Part shown: positions 58,119 to 64,000 of the stretch, one piece after another | How the letters are laid out: the number at the start of each line of letters is the position of its first letter | Position numbering within the stretch: position 1 is the first letter of the stretch | Translations under genes and position numbers: made by a program | Notes under the pieces: model-generated | The model's database searches: none | What the model was told of the DNA's origin: nothing | Seen by the model: the letters and a program-made list of their open reading frames with translations, nothing else | DNA from: Planctomycetales bacterium | Lineage (GTDB): Bacteria; 4484-113 | Direction: 5' to 3' | DNA: 64,000 nt | Assembly (NCBI GenBank): GCA_037441675.1 | Contig: JBBIRS010000001.1 | Location: 128,001 to 192,000 of the forward strand

Positions 58119-58973
58119 GTGGTAAAGGTTGATTGGCTTTCTAAGAGCGCAATAGACGCCTTTCGGCAGTGCCCAAAACGATATGAGTTCAAGGTTATCA
58201 AGAGGGAAGAGGAAGTTTTTAAGTGTATTGAGATTGAAGTAGGCTCAATTGTTCACGAGATTATCAAAGACCTTATGGTTAGCTTCAACGTAAGTTCAAA
58301 GTTCAACGGCAGAATTGGTTTGCCTAAAACCCAAGACTGGTTTAAGGAAGCTTATCAAGAACGTGCAAGGACGCTCAGCTCAGATGTTGAATGTGGTAAA
58401 GTGAGGCTAATTAAACCGGATATTCCCCTTGAAGATTACGTTTTCCTCGGTAGAACCTGCCTTAAAAACTTTACTTCGGAAGTTCTACGCAACCTATTCC
58501 ATCATAAAATACTTCAGGTTGAAGGTGGATTCCCAAACTTTCGCATAGCGAATGTAAAGATTTTTGGAAGGTATGATTTGGTTGTTGAGGCGGAGAACCG
58601 GATTCAAGTTCACGATTGGAAGACGGGCAAACCAAGCAAGGATGATGAATTTCAAGCACGCCTATACTTCTTCTCTGCGCGACAGAAGTACCGCACCGAG
58701 TCCACTTCAGAATTATCCCTTCATCTTCAATATCTGAACGGAGATAATGGCGCCCAGAGGGTGTCCTATGAGTTTTCCGATGACGTGTATATTGACTTGG
58801 TCACGGAAATCTCTGAAGTCAAAGGTGCCATTGAAGCAACCACTCACTTTTCTGCAATACCGAGTAAACTCTGCCACTGGTGTCCATTTAATCCTCTCTG
58901 CGAGGAAGGCACAACCTTTATAAAAGATAATCCCCTCAAAGGGGAGGAAGATTTGGAGGCGCTACCATTGTAA
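58119..58973 (+). CDS. PD-(D/E)xK nuclease, RecB/AddB-like, with Fe-S staple
   Basis: LSKSAI...QCPKRY, GSIVHE, GRYD...HDWKTGK, QARLY, CHWCPFNPLC; GTG 58119 has TGATAAACT 7 nt upstream. Confidence 0.85.
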   Translation: MVKVDWLSKSAIDAFRQCPKRYEFKVIKREEEVFKCIEIEVGSIVHEIIKDLMVSFNVSSKFNGRIGLPKTQDWFKEAYQERARTLSSDVECGKVRLIKPDIPLEDYVFLGRTCLKNFTSEVLRNLFHHKILQVEGGFPNFRIANVKIFGRYDLVVEAENRIQVHDWKTGKPSKDDEFQARLYFFSARQKYRTESTSELSLHLQYLNGDNGAQRVSYEFSDDVYIDLVTEISEVKGAIEATTHFSAIPSKLCHWCPFNPLCEEGTTFIKDNPLKGEEDLEALPL

Positions 58974-59082
58974 CAATTCATCAGCTTGCCTCTTGATAGT
59001 CTCTTGATAAAGACTTGGTAACAAAAGCCTAGCCGAGAGCCGGCGTTAGTACGTGTAGGGCATGATAGCGTTAATATCTTTT

Positions 59083-60366
59083 CTACTTCTTCTCCTTCCT
59101 CGGTGGGAAGTTCTTAATCTTCACAAGATCGCCTTCCTTCAGTCCTTCTTTGACTTCATAATTCTCATAATCAGTGGCCCCCAGGATTACTTTTGTTTCT
59201 TTGGGTATCCCTCTTTCATCCCTAACATAGACGATGGTCTCGTTTTCCTTCTCACCCGGCTGAATCGCCGCAAATGGCACAAGCAGTACATCCTTGACTT
59301 CTTTGGTTCTAATCCTGATGGTTGCGGTCATATTTGCGAGCAAAGATCTGTCCTTGTTCTCAACTGAAACTATGACAGTGAAAGTTGTCAGCCCTCCAGC
59401 CTGCTTTTGTCCTTGGGGATAAATGTTAGCGACTACACCATCATACTTTCTTTCAGGATACGCATCCACTGTAATTTCCGCTTTCTGCCCTACTTTTACC
59501 TGCCCAATGTCGACCTCATCAACGCTTCCCTTAACTTGAACTTCCGAAAGTTCAGCAATAGTGCAAATGGTTGTGCCCTCAGAAAAGCCCTGCCTTGATG
59601 ATATAACTGTGTCTCCCTCTTGCACAAACTTCTCAAGGACAGTTCCATCAATGGGGCTTTTGATTATCGCATCGCCCAAAGTCTTTCTAGCGTCTTCCAG
59701 ATCAACTTTAGCCCTTTCCCAGTTGAGCCTTGCAGATTCTAGCGTTTGCTGGTAGTCCTTTGCCTTAAGTATCTCTAGGCTAGTTTTTGCCTCCCCCAAC
59801 TGAACCTTTAATGAATCTACAGTTTTCTGGGCGTCCTCTAGCTCCTGCTGAGAAGCATATCCCTTTTCCTTAAGCTCCCTTATTCTATTCAACCTATCTT
59901 CAGCGTTTCTTAGGGATACTTCCAGTTCTTCAACTCTAGCCTCTGCGGTTGCAATTTGCTTTGGGAGATTACTCAGCTTAGCCTGCTCGTAATTTAGTCT
60001 AGCTTGCTTCTCCGCAATTATCGCCTTCTTTAGTATTATTTGCTGGTTTTCCTGGTCAAGAATAGCGATGATGTCACCCTTCTTGACAATAGCCCCTTCT
60101 TCGACTTTCAATTCCTCAACTATTCCTGTTGCTTCACTCTTTACCCGAGCAGTTGTTTTAGGTTCCACTATGCCCGTTCCCTCAATTGTTATAACTAAAT
60201 TTCCTTTCTTGACCGCCTCATAGTCTGGAAAACTTTTTTTATCCTCGCCTTTACCACTAGCTTCAGATGAATTCTTAGGGGACTTTAATAGAATAACGAT
60301 AACAATTCCCAGAGCAACAATTCCGAATATAAGCAAAATCGCTTTTACAACCCTAACCATTGTCAT
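59083..60366 (-). CDS. Efflux periplasmic adaptor (MacA/YknX-like)
   Basis: N-terminal TM, lipoyl-like G.VEEL.VEEGAIVKKGD, coiled coil, IKSPIDGTV, VDEVDIGQVKVGQ. Confidence 0.92.
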   Translation of the reverse strand: MTMVRVVKAILLIFGIVALGIVIVILLKSPKNSSEASGKGEDKKSFPDYEAVKKGNLVITIEGTGIVEPKTTARVKSEATGIVEELKVEEGAIVKKGDIIAILDQENQQIILKKAIIAEKQARLNYEQAKLSNLPKQIATAEARVEELEVSLRNAEDRLNRIRELKEKGYASQQELEDAQKTVDSLKVQLGEAKTSLEILKAKDYQQTLESARLNWERAKVDLEDARKTLGDAIIKSPIDGTVLEKFVQEGDTVISSRQGFSEGTTICTIAELSEVQVKGSVDEVDIGQVKVGQKAEITVDAYPERKYDGVVANIYPQGQKQAGGLTTFTVIVSVENKDRSLLANMTATIRIRTKEVKDVLLVPFAAIQPGEKENETIVYVRDERGIPKETKVILGATDYENYEVKEGLKEGDLVKIKNFPPRKEKK

Positions 60367-60379
60367 TCAATAGGTAGTT

Positions 60380-61159
60380 TTACTTTAGCTTCCCCGCAAG
60401 CTGAATAACCTGCAAAAGGGACATACCTAAACTTAATAAAAGGATGATACACACTGTTATAATCGCTTGAGAAACCTTCAGGCTAGCGGATCTAACTAGA
60501 CCAAGGTACATTAAATAAAGTGACCAAAGGGTGAATAAAGAAAGATTAAAAAGGATAAACGAAAGTAGAATCTGCCCCGAGAATACGGATGCAAGGCTCG
60601 TGTAGAATAATGCAGGTTGTGTGTCTCTTAAATAGTTAGAAACACCAGAAAACTCGGGACGAACGATTGCCACTACAAATCCATTCATCATTTGCGCGAG
60701 GAATGTAGGGAAGTAGGAATAAGTAACTATACTAATAGCTTGAGAAAAGCGCATGCTACCAGTGAGTATCAAGCCCAAAAGCCAGACAATCCCTCCACTA
60801 ATCAAAAAACTCACACCAATTCCAACGGGAGTAAAAATAGCGCCCACAATTCCAAGTGCAGTGTCACCCATTACTTGCGGTGGGATTTGTTTTCCCTGAG
60901 CAGCTATCAAATTTCTTTGCATTTCCCACATAATTGGCGCATTAAAAAAGGTCACCACAGCCATAAGAATTGATATCAAAATGAATGGTCTCCAAAAATC
61001 GCTTTTAGTCTTCAGATAATCATATGTGACTTTCGGTTCAATAAAGACTGATAAAACCCGCATACCAAAATTTGGCTCCCGCGTTTCACCCTTTGATGTT
61101 GAATCAGTTATTTGACCGCTTTCCCCTGAATTTGTCTCTCTCATTATTTTTCCCTCCAA
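60380..61159 (-). CDS. Yip1 family membrane protein (YknW-like)
   Basis: VFIEPKVTYDYL...W.P, about 5 TMs, F.QAISIVTYS, LFTLW; directly upstream of the adaptor. Confidence 0.78.
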   Translation of the reverse strand: MEGKIMRETNSGESGQITDSTSKGETREPNFGMRVLSVFIEPKVTYDYLKTKSDFWRPFILISILMAVVTFFNAPIMWEMQRNLIAAQGKQIPPQVMGDTALGIVGAIFTPVGIGVSFLISGGIVWLLGLILTGSMRFSQAISIVTYSYFPTFLAQMMNGFVVAIVRPEFSGVSNYLRDTQPALFYTSLASVFSGQILLSFILFNLSLFTLWSLYLMYLGLVRSASLKVSQAIITVCIILLLSLGMSLLQVIQLAGKLK

Positions 61160-61420
61160 AGGTTGCTGGCAGATATTTTATCAAGTGTCCCTGCTTTTAG
61201 GAAATGAACTTCGCTATGCTACGAAGAATAAATGAGAATAATCTTTAGGATAGAAATGTTAGTGGCTATAGCTAAAGAGCTAATTGATTGAGGTTTTAGT
61301 TTAGAAAATAGTGTATTGAAAAGTGATACTCCGCACCGCTCAAGCTCAACGAAACACGGGGGATATGTCCCCTATGTAAGAGCCTCTGGTAATCAATAGT
61401 GGAGCAAGAGTAACCCGTAA

Positions 61421-61714
61421 CTAATCTGGTTGAATAGTATCCACTGGAATTAAATGTCCGAACTCTGGGATTTCTCTTCTAAGTGCCTGTTCAATGCCAA
61501 GCTTCAAAGTGTAAATAGAAGATGGACATCCGACGCAGGCGCCAAGAAGTCTAACTTTCACATCCTGCCCCACGAACTCAATAACTTCAATATCTCCACC
61601 CTCCATATTCAAAAAAGGTCTAACTTTCTCAATGACCGCGTAAACTTTCTGCTGAAATCTCGCTTCATCTACGAGTGGATTAGTTGATACCTGTTCATTT
61701 TCCTTTGTTTCCAC
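61421..61714 (-). CDS. NifU/NfuA C-terminal domain Fe-S carrier
   Basis: VRPFLNMEGGDIE...VRLLGACVGCPSS..TLK.GIE; SD GAGGAG before the GTG start. Confidence 0.92.
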   Translation of the reverse strand: METKENEQVSTNPLVDEARFQQKVYAVIEKVRPFLNMEGGDIEVIEFVGQDVKVRLLGACVGCPSSIYTLKLGIEQALRREIPEFGHLIPVDTIQPD

Positions 61715-61846
61715 TAATGTTTCTCCTCTACAGAATAAACACCCAAAACGTAAAAATTATTTTAACACAAGTATTACTAGTAAAATTTAGGCGCTTAGTT
61801 GAAAGAACTTAAAGCCTAGGCAAAAGCGCTCTTATCCCTCAAAGCC

Positions 61847-62617
61847 CTACGCAAAGAACTTGCGTCTAACCAAGATTACTTTCCCAAGAATTTCCACTTC
61901 CTCGGGGTACTTCAAGACCATTGGCTTATACCGACTGTTTGCAGACTGAAGGATCAGTCTGTCTTCTTCAAAGTAAACAACTTTCACGGTAGTTTCTCTG
62001 TGACCAATCTGAACAACAGCTATATCTCCATCAGAAACTTTGGTGGAAGGTGATACCACCAAGACATCACCATCCAGAATGCCTGCATCAACCATAGAAT
62101 CACCCTTTACGACTAGAGCAAAGGCTTTGGGGTCATAGTTAATCTCTTCTTCCGCCAGGATAATCTTTTGAACATCATCATAGATGGAAACGACGTTAGC
62201 TTCTTGAAAGAGCCCGGCAGGCACTTTATCAAAGACGGGTATTTCCCTTCGAGAAATTGGTAGTCCGGGCGGGGGAGGAGTAGGGAGTTGGGCCCCAACA
62301 AGATGAGTAATAGCGCTCTTTATTTCTCTAATATCTTGCGCTACGTTAGCTTCAACGCCGAGAAACGCTCGTTCCTTAAATTCTGGGCTTAACAGCCCGC
62401 TTGCTACCACTAGCTCATCGTAGGGAAAGTCTAGAGTCTCGCTCATTTTTCGCATAATCTTGGTGGAAGGTCTTCTTTCACCGTTTTCAATGCGAGATAG
62501 GTAGGAATTGTTGACGCCAATGGCATTAGCCAAATCATTCTGGCTCATGCCTTTGCTAATTCGCAGGTTTCGTATAAGTATACCGATTTCCTTAAATGGC
62601 TTATCCTCGTATTTCAT
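61847..62617 (-). CDS. XRE HTH plus S24 peptidase, LexA/cI-like repressor
   Basis: HTH MSQNDLA..IGV..SYLSRIENG; cleavage site VPAG; catalytic GDSM and TTVK. Confidence 0.9.
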   Translation of the reverse strand: MKYEDKPFKEIGILIRNLRISKGMSQNDLANAIGVNNSYLSRIENGERRPSTKIMRKMSETLDFPYDELVVASGLLSPEFKERAFLGVEANVAQDIREIKSAITHLVGAQLPTPPPPGLPISRREIPVFDKVPAGLFQEANVVSIYDDVQKIILAEEEINYDPKAFALVVKGDSMVDAGILDGDVLVVSPSTKVSDGDIAVVQIGHRETTVKVVYFEEDRLILQSANSRYKPMVLKYPEEVEILGKVILVRRKFFA

Positions 62618-62631
62618 GGCTTTTTCAAAAT

Positions 62632-62653
62632 TTAAAGTGGATTTTCACTTTAA
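62632..62653. promoter_or_regulatory. Palindromic candidate operator
   Basis: TTAAAGTG-N6-CACTTTAA perfect inverted repeat, 14 nt upstream of the repressor start. Confidence 0.5.
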
Positions 62654-62795
62654 TAATACAGCATATTTCTCTCAATGTCTATTGTTATAAGCTATGTAAA
62701 TATTCACACTTTGAGAGCCACAATCTTTTTATATTTATATTATGTCCTTAGAATTTCTATTCTCCCTATTAAAATTAAAATATAATCAAGCATAG

Positions 62796-63589
62796 ATGGG
62801 GATATTTACTGGAAAAAGGTTAGTAATAGCCACACCTGAGCAAACCTATTTGGAGATAAACTATGCGGGCTTCACCCGCCGAGCATTAGCAGTCGTCATT
62901 GATACTATTCTCGTGGGATTTCTTCAAGTGTTGGTTGGAGCACTTTTATGGGTTGTATGGTTTCTTTTTCGCTTTCTTGATATAGATTCTGCAACAAAAA
63001 ACGTCTCTTCAAGCTATTCGTTAATGTTTCTTGTATTGTTAATCACCACACTCTTTATTGTCGCTTTTCTCTACTTTTTCATTTGGGAGTACTATGGCAA
63101 TGGGGCAACACCTGGAAAGCTCCTACTAGGAATAAGAGTGATGCGTAAGAACGGAGTAAAGCTGGACTTTACAACCGCGCTCCTGCGTAATCTCTTTCGC
63201 TTGCTGGACGCTCTACCAATACTCTATCCCTACCTACTTGGAGCTTGGGTAATGCTTCTTTCCAAAGACGAGCAACGAATAGGAGATATTGTCGCAGATA
63301 CAGTTGTTGTTACCTTGCCACGAGCAAGAAGTGGCGCGGAAATCGGAGTGCTAACATCAATCCTCCTCAACGCTAAAGCAAGTAAAGCTATTCATCACAA
63401 GCAAAAATGCTAACTACTCAGTTGCTGTCTGAATTTGTGTTACGACGGGAGAAACTCACCGAGTCCGCTAGAGCCATTTTGGTAAATAAACTAGCGGAAC
63501 TCTATCGCCTAAGAGAGGATTTATCCGTGAATGAAAAAGAGCGTCTTCTATTGGGAATTTCAGCTGATGAGGCGAGAATGAATGAGTAA
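62796..63589 (+). CDS. RDD family membrane protein, apparently split by a frameshift near 63386-63410
   Basis: YAGFTRRALAVVID, GATPGKLLLGIRV, QRIGDIVADTVVV in 62796..63413; the 63407..63589 ORF (EFVLRREKL...AR..L..KLA) resembles the usual RDD C-terminal extension. Confidence 0.8.
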
Positions 63590-63595
63590 GTCCAA

Positions 63596-64000
63596 CTACA
63601 ATTCAAAGGGATCAGGGAGTAAATCAAGAAACCTTATGACCAAAATTTCTCCCCGTTTAGCCATCAAGTATAAAAGTGTATCTTCATTAGAGAATGGCAG
63701 AAGAGCTTGCCTGCAAGCTCCGCAGGGGTAGCAGGGCTTTGATGTATTAGAAATCACCGCCAGGCTGTAAACTCTAGCCTTTCTACCAAGCTCAGTGATC
63801 ATTGCAGCAAGCGCCGATCTCTCCGCGCATAGGCTTATACCAAAAGATGGGTTTTCAACATTTACGCCATTAAAAATACGACCACCTTCACTTTTAATAG
63901 CGCAGGCAACCTTGAATCTTGAGTATGGCGCATAGGCGTTGGGTAACTTCGAGAGGGCGCTGTTAATTAGCCTCTTGGCATCCTTCCTCTGATTTGCATC
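63596..64000 (-). CDS. cdd: Cytidine deaminase (5' end outside the window)
   Basis: Frame open to the window edge: NAYAPYSRFKVACA...GVNVENPSFGISLCAERSA...PCGACRQ...LLPDPF. Confidence 0.94.
   Translation of the reverse strand, partial: DANQRKDAKRLINSALSKLPNAYAPYSRFKVACAIKSEGGRIFNGVNVENPSFGISLCAERSALAAMITELGRKARVYSLAVISNTSKPCYPCGACRQALLPFSNEDTLLYLMAKRGEILVIRFLDLLPDPFEL

Noticed and set aside
58044..59082. Cas4 or CRISPR locus
   Set aside because: No cas1 or cas2 and no repeat-spacer array; only a single short CTCTTGATA duplication near 58990-59009.
61847..62617. Prophage marked by a cI-like repressor
   Set aside because: No cro, integrase or structural genes; neighbours are nifU-like, RDD and cdd.

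Overview
A gene-dense chromosomal region (about 42% GC by eye) from an anaerobe-like diderm bacterium, probably an uncultured Terrabacteria lineage. That placement is inferred from an SLH-coiled coil-beta-barrel OmpM-like protein, a three-gene MlaEFD system whose MlaD ends in a barrel-like domain, and a TamB-like gene. Housekeeping genes (def, dnaE, gyrA, aroQ, nth, ybeY, pdxS, sfsA, cdd, tRNA-Gln) are mixed with a MoxR-DUF58-transglutaminase operon and a 15 kb sugar-utilisation operon (ABC transporter, three (alpha/alpha)6-type glycoside hydrolases, galK). There is no integrase, transposase, CRISPR array or rRNA. Most interesting: (1) two unlinked lipoproteins share a dockerin-like module inserted into an FN3-like domain, and one also has a cohesin-like domain, suggesting a non-cellulosomal cohesin-dockerin surface system; (2) a beta-barrel gene is paired with an octaheme cytochrome, resembling a porin-cytochrome conduit; (3) a giant secreted glycoside hydrolase carries an HExxH domain and a probably frameshifted CBM9-like tail; (4) the OmpM-like gene has a structured leader with a perfect Shine-Dalgarno and a 38-codon uORF; (5) leaderless-type promoters recur across the window. 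Three genes are broken (hutU, the giant hydrolase, the RDD gene), possibly by assembly errors. All calls come from motif recognition by eye; no searches were run.
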